This document shows, piece after piece, positions 23,347-32,000 of a DNA stretch of 32,000 nucleotides (positions are counted from its first letter, which is position 1; each line of letters starts with the position of its first letter). The DNA lies in assembly GCF_000195855.1 (NCBI RefSeq), contig NC_002677.1, positions 780,001-812,000 on the forward strand. The letters run 5' to 3'. The notes under the pieces are model-generated. The model saw nothing but the letters and a program-made list of their open reading frames with translations, had not been told where the DNA came from and did no database searches. The stretch comes from Mycobacterium leprae TN. Lineage in GTDB: Bacteria > Actinomycetota > Actinomycetes > Mycobacteriales > Mycobacteriaceae. Both the position numbers and the translations under genes were made by a program.

Positions 23347-23525
23347 TACCTGAGCCTTCTGTTCGTGCTTGGTTCCTGTGGCGCTGGAGGCGTTGGAATA
23401 TATTGAGCGGTCACGTCGTTATGGTGCCGCTCACATGACGATCGCTTTGATACTAGTGGCTGTTACTGGGAGGTCCCCAGAGCACTGCTGGTCGCCACCG
23501 TAGGGCGCCGGTAACGTGGGCGGCT

Positions 23526-24650
23526 GTGGAACCTGACCGACAAACCGACATCGCTGCTCTTGACTCCACCTTGACCACGGTGGAGCGGGTGCTCGACGTG
23601 GAGGGTCTGCGCACCCGCATCGAGAAACTTGAGCATGAGGCGTCCGATCCGAAACTGTGGGATGACCAAGTCCGCGCGCAACGTGTGACCAGCGAGTTAT
23701 CTCACGCTCAGGGCGAGCTGCGCCGAATCGAGGAGCTGCGGCGACGTTTAGATGACTTGCCGGTACTCTACGAATTAGCGGCTGAGGAAAGGGCTGCGGC
23801 CGCCGCTAGCGGAATGGAGGCCTTCGCTGAGGCTGATGCCGAACTCAAGGCGCTGCGCGTCGATATCGAAGCCACCGAGGTGCGCACGCTGTTGTCAGGC
23901 GAATATGACGAGCGCGAAGCGCTGATCACCATACGTTCCGGTGCTGGCGGAGTGGATGCCGCGGACTGGGCCGAAATGCTGATGCGGATGTATATTCGAT
24001 GGGCAGAGCAGCACAAATACGGCGTCGAGGTGTTAGACACCTCCTATGCCGAAGAAGCCGGTGTCAAAAGTGCCACGTTCGCCGTGCACGCGCCGTTCGC
24101 CTATGGCACGTTGGCGAGCGAGCAGGGCACCCACCGGCTGGTCCGGATCAGCCCGTTCGACAACCAGAGTCGGCGGCAGACCTCGTTCGCTGAGGTCGAA
24201 GTGTTGCCTGTGGTGGAGATCACCGATCACATCGACATTCCCGAAGGCGATGTGCGCGTCGATGTCTACCGATCCAGCGGTCCTGGCGGCCAGTCGGTCA
24301 ACACCACCGACTCTGCGGTACGGCTAACTCACGTCCCAACCGGTCTTGTCGTTACCTGCCAGAACGAGAAATCGCAGCTGCAGAACAAGGTATCGGCGAT
24401 GCGCGTGCTGCAAGCAAAGTTGTTGGAGCGTAAGCGTTTAGAAGAACGCGCTGAGCTAGATGCATTAAAGGGTAGGGGTGGCAGCTCGTGGGGCAATCAG
24501 ATACGGTCCTATGTACTGCACCCTTATCAGATGGTCAAGGATCTGCGAAACGAGTACGAGGTGGGTAACCCGACAGCTGTACTTGACGGAGACATCGACG
24601 GGTTCCTGGAAGCCGGGATTCGTTGGCGCAACAGACGTGATATCAGCTAA
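23526..24650 (+). CDS. prfB: Peptide chain release factor 2, 374 aa
   Basis: GGQ motif ([24 protein letters not shown]) and RF2-type SPF motif ([16 protein letters not shown]). One continuous frame, so no programmed frameshift is visible. Confidence 0.97.
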   Translation: MEPDRQTDIAALDSTLTTVERVLDVEGLRTRIEKLEHEASDPKLWDDQVRAQRVTSELSHAQGELRRIEELRRRLDDLPVLYELAAEERAAAAASGMEAFAEADAELKALRVDIEATEVRTLLSGEYDEREALITIRSGAGGVDAADWAEMLMRMYIRWAEQHKYGVEVLDTSYAEEAGVKSATFAVHAPFAYGTLASEQGTHRLVRISPFDNQSRRQTSFAEVEVLPVVEITDHIDIPEGDVRVDVYRSSGPGGQSVNTTDSAVRLTHVPTGLVVTCQNEKSQLQNKVSAMRVLQAKLLERKRLEERAELDALKGRGGSSWGNQIRSYVLHPYQMVKDLRNEYEVGNPTAVLDGDIDGFLEAGIRWRNRRDIS

Positions 24651-24669
24651 CACGACAGTTCTTGCTGTT

Positions 24670-25480
24670 TCGTTAACGCAAGCGTTGGCATGACTTCTGG
24701 CGCGGTGAGATCAGTGACTGGATCATCGACAAGAGCCTGCGGATCGTCATGCTACTGATTGGGGCGGTGCTGCCGGTTCGCTTCGTAAGCTTGGTGGCGT
24801 AACAAGCGACCCGCCAGGAGGGCTTAGACGTCAACTTTGTCGAAAGCGACGCCTCGGTGCGCTCGGAAGCAACTAAACACCGCCAGGCCGTCGCGTCGGT
24901 GATCTGGTGGGTGTTAGTCGTTATTACCGCGATCTGGGTCGTTCTTCAGATCAGCGATGTGCTGCGCTTGTCGATAGGTGGGCTGGTCGCGTTGGGTTTC
25001 GGTGTTCTGGTTACGTTGACCGTAAGCGGTGCCGCTGACGAGGCCCGCGGCACCGCTGAGGATGTGACGTTGCGGGTAGCCAGGCTACGTTCCTGCGCTG
25101 GCTAGGTGTTCACGGTCCCCAACAGATCAAATCGTCAAATCGGTCAACCTTTTTAAGGACTGGGCGCGGGCTGTGGCGGACATCCCGGTGGCGCCCAGCG
25201 CCGATCTCAACTGGTCAACGTGGTCTCGCGCCAGCGAGTGTGAGCATGCCCGCAATAACCCGATGCTGGTGGAGTTGTTGTTAGATGCCCCGCACGATGA
25301 TCACGATGATGGTAGTGGAAAATATCGCAGTCGGCACTGTCACGCTGCGGGTTGTGGCTCGCGCATTGCTCGGCAAGTAGTTCAAGGCTGGCTGTCAGTT
25401 GCGTGTGGTTGTTACTAGGGCATTCGTTCGTGCCAGCATCGTTACCGTGGCCGATACACCGGTCGGCCTTGGCGAATCCT
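24670..25480 (+). pseudogene. MscS-family mechanosensitive channel-like protein remnant (Rv3104c-like)
   Basis: Fragments SEATKHRQAVASVIWWVLVVITAIWVVLQI, LVALGFGVLVTLTVSGAADEARGTAEDVTLRVARLRS, VFTVPN, VADIPVAPSADLN and IVTVADTPVGL appear in order, separated by frameshifts. Confidence 0.75.
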
Positions 25481-25529
25481 GTCTTACCTACGGCCAAGGC
25501 TGCCGAGGACCAGACGCTGGCATCTCTGT

Positions 25530-25757
25530 GCATTGGCGTGAAGTTCACGCTCAAAGTCCTCAAGAAGGGTGGCGCCGACGGTGGATGACGCTGACCCCGT
25601 CACATGTTTGGCGGCCGGATCCCGCGTCTCGACGCTGGCGTTGATCGTGGCCGTTCCTAGCGGTATAGCACTTATTGCACACTGGAAGCCTCTAATGGTT
25701 GAATTGGCCAACCAGGTGATGTCACCGGGCTTCGTCCCCGACCCGAACTACGCGTGA
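25530..25757 (+). pseudogene. Remnant at the Rv3103c position (hypothetical protein upstream of ftsE)
   Basis: Short ORF 25569..25757 with one hydrophobic segment (TLALIVAVPSGIALIAHW), between the MscS remnant and ftsE. Identity is positional. Confidence 0.35.
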
Positions 25758-25919
25758 GTGCTGCGCAGCAAAGTGGACCAGCCGCCATCTACGGTGACTG
25801 TCACCACCACTTCACCTGTGCAACAATTCTAGGCGGAGCCTCTAGACCTTACTTCGTTAGGTGCCCGCTTAGTGATCATCGCGTTCCAGGGAAATTCACC
25901 GCTACACTTGCGAACCGTG

Positions 25920-26609
25920 ATGATCACCCTAGACCATGTCAGTAAGAAGTATAAATCGTTGGCGCGGCCTGCGTTAGACAACGTCAACGTCAAAATTGAC
26001 AAGGGTGAATTCGTCTTCTTGATTGGCCCGTCAGGTTCCGGCAAATCCACCTTTATGCGGTTGCTGCTGGGTGCCGAAACACCGACATCCGGTGACGTGC
26101 GGGTCTCGAAGTTTCACGTCAACAAATTGCCTGGCCGCCACATACCGCGGCTGCGGCAGGTTATCGGCTGTGTTTTCCAGGATTTTCGGTTGCTGCAGCA
26201 AAAGACGGTGTACGAGAACGTCGCCTTTGCTCTGGAAGTCATCGGCAGACGCTCGGATGCAATCAACCAGGTGGTGCCTGATGTGCTCGAGACGGTCGGC
26301 CTGTCTGGCAAAGCTAATCGGCTGCCGGACGAGCTGTCAGGAGGCGAGCAGCAGCGGGTTGCGATAGCCCGCGCATTTGTCAACAGGCCGTTGGTATTGC
26401 TGGCCGATGAGCCCACCGGCAACCTCGACCCAGACACCAGTAAGGACATTATGGATTTGTTGGAGCGGATCAACCGCACCGGGACTACTGTGCTGATGGC
26501 AACCCACGACCACCACATCGTCGACTCGATGCGGCAACGGGTCGTGGAGCTGTCTTTGGGCAGGCTGGTTCGGGACGAATGGTGTGGCATTTACGGGATG
26601 GATCGCTAA
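25920..26609 (+). CDS. ftsE: Cell division ATP-binding protein FtsE, 229 aa (start trimmed to the conserved MITLDHV)
   Basis: Walker [13 protein letters not shown] signature LSGGEQQR, Walker [14 protein letters not shown]. Overlaps the ftsX start context. Confidence 0.97.
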   Translation: MITLDHVSKKYKSLARPALDNVNVKIDKGEFVFLIGPSGSGKSTFMRLLLGAETPTSGDVRVSKFHVNKLPGRHIPRLRQVIGCVFQDFRLLQQKTVYENVAFALEVIGRRSDAINQVVPDVLETVGLSGKANRLPDELSGGEQQRVAIARAFVNRPLVLLADEPTGNLDPDTSKDIMDLLERINRTGTTVLMATHDHHIVDSMRQRVVELSLGRLVRDEWCGIYGMDR

Positions 26610-27503
26610 GTGCGCTTCGGCTTTCTGCTCAACGAGGTTGTGACTGGCCTCCGTCGCAATGTCACGATGACGATAGCGATGATCTTGACGACCGCGATCT
26701 CGATTGGCTTGTTTGGTGGCGGGCTGCTGGTGGTCCGGTTGGCCGACAACTCCCGAAGCATCTACCTGGATCGAGTCGAGACACAGGTCTTTCTCACCGA
26801 TGACATCTCCGCCAACGATCTGACCTGCAACACAAACTTGTGTAAGGCGCTTCGGGGAAAGATCGAAGCTCGAGATGACGTCAAATCCTTACGGTTCCTT
26901 AACCGTCAGGACGCTTACGACGACGCTATCCGAAAATTCCCGCAGTACAGGGATGTTGCGGGCAAGGATTCTTTCCCCGCTTCGTTCATCATCAAGCTAG
27001 CTAACCCCGTTCAACACAAGGAATTTGACGCCGCGACGCAGGGCCAGCCCGGGGTGCTTTCCGTGCTCAATCAGAAGGAACTGATCGACCGTCTGTTCGC
27101 CGTGTTGGACGGTTTGAGCGACGTCGCGTTCGTCATAGCTTTAGTGCAGGCTATCGGAGCAATCCTGCTAATTGCCAATATGGTTCAAGTCGCGGCCTAT
27201 ACGCGGCGCACCGAGATCGGCATCATGCGACTGGTCGGCGCCAGCCGCTGGTATACTCAACTTCCTTTTTTGCTGGAGGCAATGGTGGCTGCGACCGTAG
27301 GCGCCGTCATCGCGATCGTTGGTCTGCTTGTGGCGCGAGCAATGTTTTTGAACAATGCACTGAACCAGTTCTATCAAGCTAATCTGATTGCCCGGGTCGA
27401 TTATGCCGATGTCCTGTACGTTTCCCCGTGGTTGTTGTTGCTCGGCGTGGCGTTGGCCGCGTTGACCGGTTACGCAACATTGCGCATTTACGTGCGACGG
27501 TAA
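26610..27503 (+). CDS. ftsX: Cell division protein FtsX, 297 aa
   Basis: N-terminal [40 protein letters not shown] and the FtsX-type permease segments; directly follows ftsE. Confidence 0.96.
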
Positions 27504-27505
27504 GT

Positions 27506-27988
27506 GTGGCCAGAAACCCTCGTGGCGGCAAGCAGATTGTGGCCACCAATCGCAAGGCTCGGCACGATTACGCAATCATTGAATTGTTTGAGGCTGGGGT
27601 GGCGTTGCTTGGCACCGAGGTGAAAAGTCTGCGGGAGGGGCATGCGTCGCTGGCCGACGCGTTCGCAACCGTCGACAGCGGTGAAGTGTGGTTGCGAAAC
27701 ATGCACATCCCGGAGTATCAGCATGGTAGCTGGACCAATCACGATCCTCGCCGTAACCGCAAGCTGCTGCTGCACCGCCGCCAGATCGACACCCTGGTTG
27801 GCAAGATCCGTGACGGCAACCTCGCGCTAGTGCCGTTATCGTTGTATTTTGCCGAGGGCAAGGTCAAGGTCGAGCTTGCGCTGGCGCGCGGCAAGAAACT
27901 GCACGACAAGCGCCAGGACATGGCGCGTCGCGATGCTCAGCGCGAAGTAATCCGTGAACTCGGTCGCCGTGCCAAGGGCATGCTCTGA
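27506..27988 (+). CDS. smpB: SsrA-binding protein SmpB, 160 aa, GTG start
   Basis: VARNPRGGKQIVATNRKARHDYAIIELFEAGVALLGTEVKSLREG...KVELALARGKKLHDKR. The GTG lies 2 bp after the ftsX stop. Confidence 0.96.
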   Translation: MARNPRGGKQIVATNRKARHDYAIIELFEAGVALLGTEVKSLREGHASLADAFATVDSGEVWLRNMHIPEYQHGSWTNHDPRRNRKLLLHRRQIDTLVGKIRDGNLALVPLSLYFAEGKVKVELALARGKKLHDKRQDMARRDAQREVIRELGRRAKGML

Positions 27989-28456
27989 GCGAGATCGGCC
28001 TAATATCCGACCTATGGTCGTCTGTTTCACCCCCCAACTTGACACCCGACGTGTTGTCCGGGTCGGTTCACTGCGTGGGACTACCAATCGACGCGCTACT
28101 ACAAGGGTGGCCCCAGGATAGTTTGGCACGCGCATCGACGCCGCTGCCTGCAGACTGTCGTAGCATGCATCATTGCCACTGAGTAATTTCTGCAGGACAT
28201 AGCCCCACCTGGACATCAATGTCAAGTTGCTTGAGCATGTGCGCAATGGCACCGGAGCGATAAACGAATGCTGGGTGCGCCGCTACAGGGTGAATCCGGG
28301 ACCAGCGTCGGCAAGCGGCTACCGCGCGGTGACTCGAGCTTGCCGCACGGCGCTGTTGAGTATGACCGATGACAAGTGGAACGCACCGACCCCGACCCCG
28401 GCAGGTATGGTTAGAGTTACGGGCGGTTCATGTGAATACGAGTCTTCGACCGCTGG

Positions 28457-28870
28457 GTGTATGAGCAAGACAGCCGTGAGGTATTGGCGAACCTGTCGTC
28501 CGACGAGGAGCTTGGTAGGTCCGCATCGCGACTGTCTCTCGATGAAACCGTGGCCACTATGGGATTTGTTGTTGGCAAAGTGGCCCAGGCTACCCGACAG
28601 TGGGCGTTCAGGTCACCCTCCGGGTCGTATCCGGGTCAGTGTCGATAGTTGCGCTAATCTGGTAGACGACTTGGTCAGGTTGCAGCCTATGGCGGCTGTC
28701 TAGCTGGACGTACTGCAGTTTACCAGGCTTGCTGACGGTCGGCTCGATGTGCTCCTCGTGCCAAGCTATGACGTTGAACTAGATGGATATAAGGAGGCCC
28801 CCTGGCAGTTCCACATTGTCGACCGGCTGAATTTCGTGATCTGCCTCGATTGGCTCCCTGTATGAGGGTT
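28457..28870 (+). pseudogene. Unidentified decayed coding region downstream of smpB
   Basis: Short fragments YEQDSREVLANLSSDEELGRSASRLSLDE and LDVLQFTRLADGRLDVLLVPSYDVELD..PWQFHIVDRL look protein-like but lie in broken frames. No family was recognised. Confidence 0.35.
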
Positions 28871-29000
28871 AACACCGAGATCTACGCCAGCGCAAAATAA
28901 CTACGTAGCACATCTTTCGACGCCCGCCAAACTCGCTCACTAGCGAGATCAGCCCATCCTGGCTTTCTGGATGTCGGGACGGTAATTCCATTGCCGTTCG

Positions 29001-29028
29001 TTGATAGCAGCGTATCATTGTATATAAT
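29001..29028 (+). promoter_or_regulatory. Candidate housekeeping promoter for ssrA (TTGATA, 16 bp, TATAAT)
   Basis: -35 TTGATA at 29001-29006 and -10 TATAAT at 29023-29028, 26 bp upstream of the mature tmRNA 5' end. Confidence 0.75.
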
Positions 29029-29054
29029 CCTGTCGAAAGTCGGCGGGGACGCGA

Positions 29055-29422
29055 GGGGCTGAAAGGTTTCGACTTCGCGCATCGAATCAAGGGAAGCGTG
29101 CCGGTGCAGGCAAGAGACCACCGTAAGCGTCGTTGCAGCAATATAAGCGCCGATTCATATCAGCGCGACTATGCTCTCGCTGCCTAAGCGATGGCTAGTC
29201 TGTCAGACCGGGAACGCCCTCGTCCCGGAGCCTGGCATCAGCTAGAGGGATCTACCGATGGGTTCGGTCGCGGGACTCGTCGGGACACCAACCGCGACTG
29301 GGATCGTCATCCTGGCTAGTTCGCGTGATCAGGAGATCCGAGTAGAGGCATAGCGAACTACGCACGGAGAAGCCTTGAGGGAAATGCCGTAGGACCCGGG
29401 TTCGATTCCCGGCAGCTCCACC
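29055..29422 (+). ncRNA. ssrA: Transfer-messenger RNA (tmRNA)
   Basis: The 5' GGGGCTG pairs with 3' CAGCTCC, with T-arm GGGTTCGATTCCC. The internal tag reading frame at 29149-29187 encodes ADSYQRDYALAA*. It sits downstream of smpB. Confidence 0.96.
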
Positions 29423-29799
29423 GAATAATGGCTAGTTCGGGATACCCGCGATCGATCGATATCGATCCGATTCACGGCGGTACCCTCCATGGGCGAATGC
29501 AGGTGATGTGTTACTGGGTTGCTAAAGACGGCCAAGTGTTGCGGTGGGCAATGGCGTAAGCAACCACGAGTGAAACGTAACACTCTTGTCGGTTGCCCTT
29601 CTCGAAATCCGCTCCATCGACGGCTGTCATATTGGTTATATACGCTAGGCAGGCAATGTTATGGTCTGCCGTGGATGCCCACGTGTAGAGTTCCGTGGCT
29701 TCCAGTTCGTCACATGCGATATCGTGTCCTTATGTTTTCTTGCGGAAAACCGTCAGCGTATTCTTTAATTAGCTGGCGCGTCGCCGTGGAACAAAATAC

Positions 29800-30620
29800 G
29801 TCAGGTTCACCGACGAGCTGCCCGAGGTGGATTTGATCGCGTCCAGCCCGTCATCGTCCTACAGCCATTTGGCGGTGGTGAGCGTTTCGTCGGTGGCGAT
29901 TCTGCCACGCACGCCGTCGACCATATTGAGCTATCGGTCACCGCGATCTGTTGCTTGACAGCCCGACGTGCCGCCAACATCAACCCAAACGCGACTTTAG
30001 CCCAGTTCTGCAGCGACCTGCCGAACTCGCTATCTTGACGGTTGGTCATCGGAGACAGAAATGCATTTGCTAGAATAGTTATGGCCCACGTGGATTTCGA
30101 CAGCGTCGAAACCGGTGTTGACGGCCAGGCGGGTGGTGTCGGCGTAGGCCACAGCACATCGTGGATATCATCGCGGGTCTTGTGAATGAAGGCCAGCGGG
30201 ACACCGCTCAGTGGGTCGGACCATTTATCGGCGATTCGCATCCCGATTGGATTGAAGAACTGCACTGGCACCAGGGCAGTGGCCTTGTTGGAGCCGGCAT
30301 CAGTTACCGGACCCGCGTAGCTGATCTGTGTGTTCACCGCCGCGCCCTACGCGTGGATCGCCTGGGTCAGCCGACATAACCCGGTTACTGCCTCCAACAC
30401 ATCCAGATCTGATTGCCGTTGGTGTGGCCACCAAGGGAAAGTGCGCAATACGTGACGGTGGTTATGCCCACCCCGCTGGTTGCTGATGATATTTGATCAG
30501 GTTATCGGTCACCAGTGCATCTGGCGTGCGCGCCTCGAATGTTGCGGCCTTGATGACAAGGTTACGTAACGTGAACGGATCGAGCTGCGCTCGGCTGAAC
30601 ACGTCCGTTGTGTTGGCCAT
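29800..30620 (-). pseudogene. Old yellow enzyme / NADH:flavin oxidoreductase remnant (Rv3359-like)
   Basis: Start [45 protein letters not shown], frameshift to GVGITTVTYCALSLGGHT, then QISYAGPVTDAG.., ANAFLSPMTNRQDSEFGRSLQNWAKVAFGLMLAARRAV in other frames. Confidence 0.82.
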
Positions 30621-30691
30621 ATCTGGAGCCTAACCGCCTGCAGCGGGTCTTAAGCATACTGACGCCGGTAGGCTATGTCAGACTGTCAGAC

Positions 30692-31540
30692 GTGGGTGCA
30701 ATCACGCTGGACGGCAAGGCCACCCGAGACGAGATCCTGATCGACCTCAAGCAACGCGTGGCCGCATTAACCGAATCCGGTCGCACGCCCGGACTGGGTA
30801 CCATCCTGGTCGGTGACGACCCCGGATCACATGCCTATGTTCGTGGCAAGCACGCCGACTGTGCGAAGGTGGGCATCACATCGATTCGCCGCGACTTGCC
30901 CGTCGACATCACAACGGCCGTGCTGCATGACACCATCGAGGAACTGAATGCCAACCCCGACTGCACCGGCTATATCGTGCAGTTGCCGTTACCCAAGTAC
31001 CTGGACGAGAACACGGCGCTGGAGCGTGTCGACCCGGCCAAGGATGCCGACGGCCTGCACCCGACGAACCTCGGCCGGCTAGTGCTGTCCACCCCGGCGC
31101 CGCTGCCGTGTACCGCGCGTGGCATTTTGCACCTGCTACGGCGTTACGGCGTCGAGATCGCCGGAACACACGTCGTCATCATCGGGCGCGGTGTTACGGT
31201 TGGTCGCCCGTTGGGGCTGCTGCTGACACGCCGTTCCGAGAACGCCACGGTGACTTTGTGCCACACAGGAACGCGCAATCTGGCAGCGCTAACCAAGCAG
31301 GCTGACATCATTGTAGCCGCCGTCGGTGTTCCACATCTGCTGACCGCGGATATGGTGCGTCCCGGAGCTGTGGTGGTCGACGTCGGTGTCAGCCGGGTCG
31401 AGACTAGGCTCGTCGGCGACGTGCATCCGGATGTCTGGGAAGTCGCCGGTCACGTCTCACCGAATCCTGGTGGCGTTGGTCCGCTTACCCGGGTGTTTCT
31501 GCTGACCAACGTTGTCGAATTGGCCGAGGGACGGCAGTAA
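30692..31540 (+). CDS. folD: Methylenetetrahydrofolate dehydrogenase/cyclohydrolase FolD, 282 aa, GTG start (track ORF begins 28 codons upstream)
   Basis: [45 protein letters not shown] and [14 protein letters not shown]. Confidence 0.96.
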   Translation: MGAITLDGKATRDEILIDLKQRVAALTESGRTPGLGTILVGDDPGSHAYVRGKHADCAKVGITSIRRDLPVDITTAVLHDTIEELNANPDCTGYIVQLPLPKYLDENTALERVDPAKDADGLHPTNLGRLVLSTPAPLPCTARGILHLLRRYGVEIAGTHVVIIGRGVTVGRPLGLLLTRRSENATVTLCHTGTRNLAALTKQADIIVAAVGVPHLLTADMVRPGAVVVDVGVSRVETRLVGDVHPDVWEVAGHVSPNPGGVGPLTRVFLLTNVVELAEGRQ

Positions 31541-31542
31541 AC

Positions 31543-31818
31543 GTGCGTGCAGCGTTGCGGTCGCAATGGCCGATTCTGCTGGTTGGGATGATCTTCGCTG
31601 GAGCGTTCGTGCTGGTGGGGGCAAATTTTTGGCGTCGTGGTGCGCTACTAATCGGTATCGGTGTCGGGGTAGCAACAGTGCTGCGACTGGTGTTATCCGA
31701 TGAGCGGGCTGGCCTGTTGATGGTGCGCGGCAAGGTCATCGACTTGGTTACAACGGCGTTAGTCGGTATGGCGATGGTCTACATCGCGTCGACCATCGAC
31801 CCGCTAGGCACCGGCTAG
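31543..31818 (+). CDS. Conserved membrane protein, DUF3017-like (Rv3355c-like), 91 aa
   Basis: Intact ORF directly downstream of folD with three hydrophobic segments and a VRGKVIDLVTTALVGMAMVYIASTIDP ending. Confidence 0.8.
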   Translation: MRAALRSQWPILLVGMIFAGAFVLVGANFWRRGALLIGIGVGVATVLRLVLSDERAGLLMVRGKVIDLVTTALVGMAMVYIASTIDPLGTG

Positions 31819-32000
31819 ATTCCCGGTATACCCGGGCCTGGTGGCAGACTGGGTAGGTTGCCGCTGGCTACGTTGGCCATCATCGTGGGGCAGTATATCG
31901 AAATTGCGATCTTGGCGAAGGTTTCGGCCATCTGTGGGGACATGTCGCTGTTTCCCCGAATGCGCTGTACGGCAGCGGCGAAATTGCCTCCCGATTTGGC
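31815..32000 (-). CDS. 3' end of a DUF732-like secreted protein (Rv3354-like), truncated by window end
   Basis: Minus frame AKSGGNFAAAVQRIRGNSDMSPQMAETFAKIAISIYCPTMMANVASGNLPSLPPGPGIPGI* is open to the window edge and has the DUF732-type ..A..YCP pattern. Confidence 0.78.
   Translation of the reverse strand, partial: AKSGGNFAAAVQRIRGNSDMSPQMAETFAKIAISIYCPTMMANVASGNLPSLPPGPGIPGI

Noticed and set aside
22589-23406. Plus-strand ORFs 22589..23050 and 22921..23406
   Set aside because: Mostly antisense to the intact fprA gene.
26114-26590. 158-aa minus-strand ORF
   Set aside because: Fully antisense to ftsE; a shadow ORF from codon bias.
27836-28252. 138-aa minus-strand ORF
   Set aside because: Overlaps the 3' end of smpB in antisense; the remainder is low-complexity decayed sequence without domain signal.
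31821-31840. CCCGG-TATA-CCCGGG hairpin after the folD operon
   Set aside because: It lies within the C-terminal codons (GPGIPG) of the convergent DUF732-like gene and lacks a T-tract, so a terminator role is not supported.

Overview
The window looks like a reductively evolved mycobacterial chromosome of the leprosy-bacillus type (M. leprae or M. lepromatosis). That call rests on recalled mycobacterial protein sequences and gene order, because no search could be run. Gene order is collinear with the M. tuberculosis Rv3193c to Rv3100c segment, with large deletions, then jumps to an Rv3359-Rv3354 block.

Positions 1-16,000 are almost all degenerate sequence. They hold the C-terminus of a UPF0182 gene and an initiator tRNA, followed by frameshifted remnants: alpha/beta hydrolase, aofH-like amine oxidase, Rv3168-like aminoglycoside phosphotransferase, TetR regulator, membrane proteins, MoxR ATPase, DUF58 protein, nuoN, a CoA-transferase scrap and fadB4.

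Positions 16,000-32,000 hold the intact genes: fadE23, fadE24, an inositol monophosphatase-family gene (hisN/impC), a small hypothetical, fprA, prfB, ftsE, ftsX, smpB, ssrA (tmRNA), folD, a DUF3017-like protein and the 3' part of a DUF732-like gene. Pseudogenes of agpS, an MscS channel and an old-yellow-enzyme oxidoreductase lie among them.

I found no convincing new multi-gene system. The best non-coding signal is a perfect 19-bp inverted repeat with a 2-nt centre at 18720-18759, upstream of fadE24. Other points of interest are a near-consensus ssrA promoter, an apparently in-frame deletion in the MscS remnant, and a CoA-transferase scrap beside the nuoN remnant.
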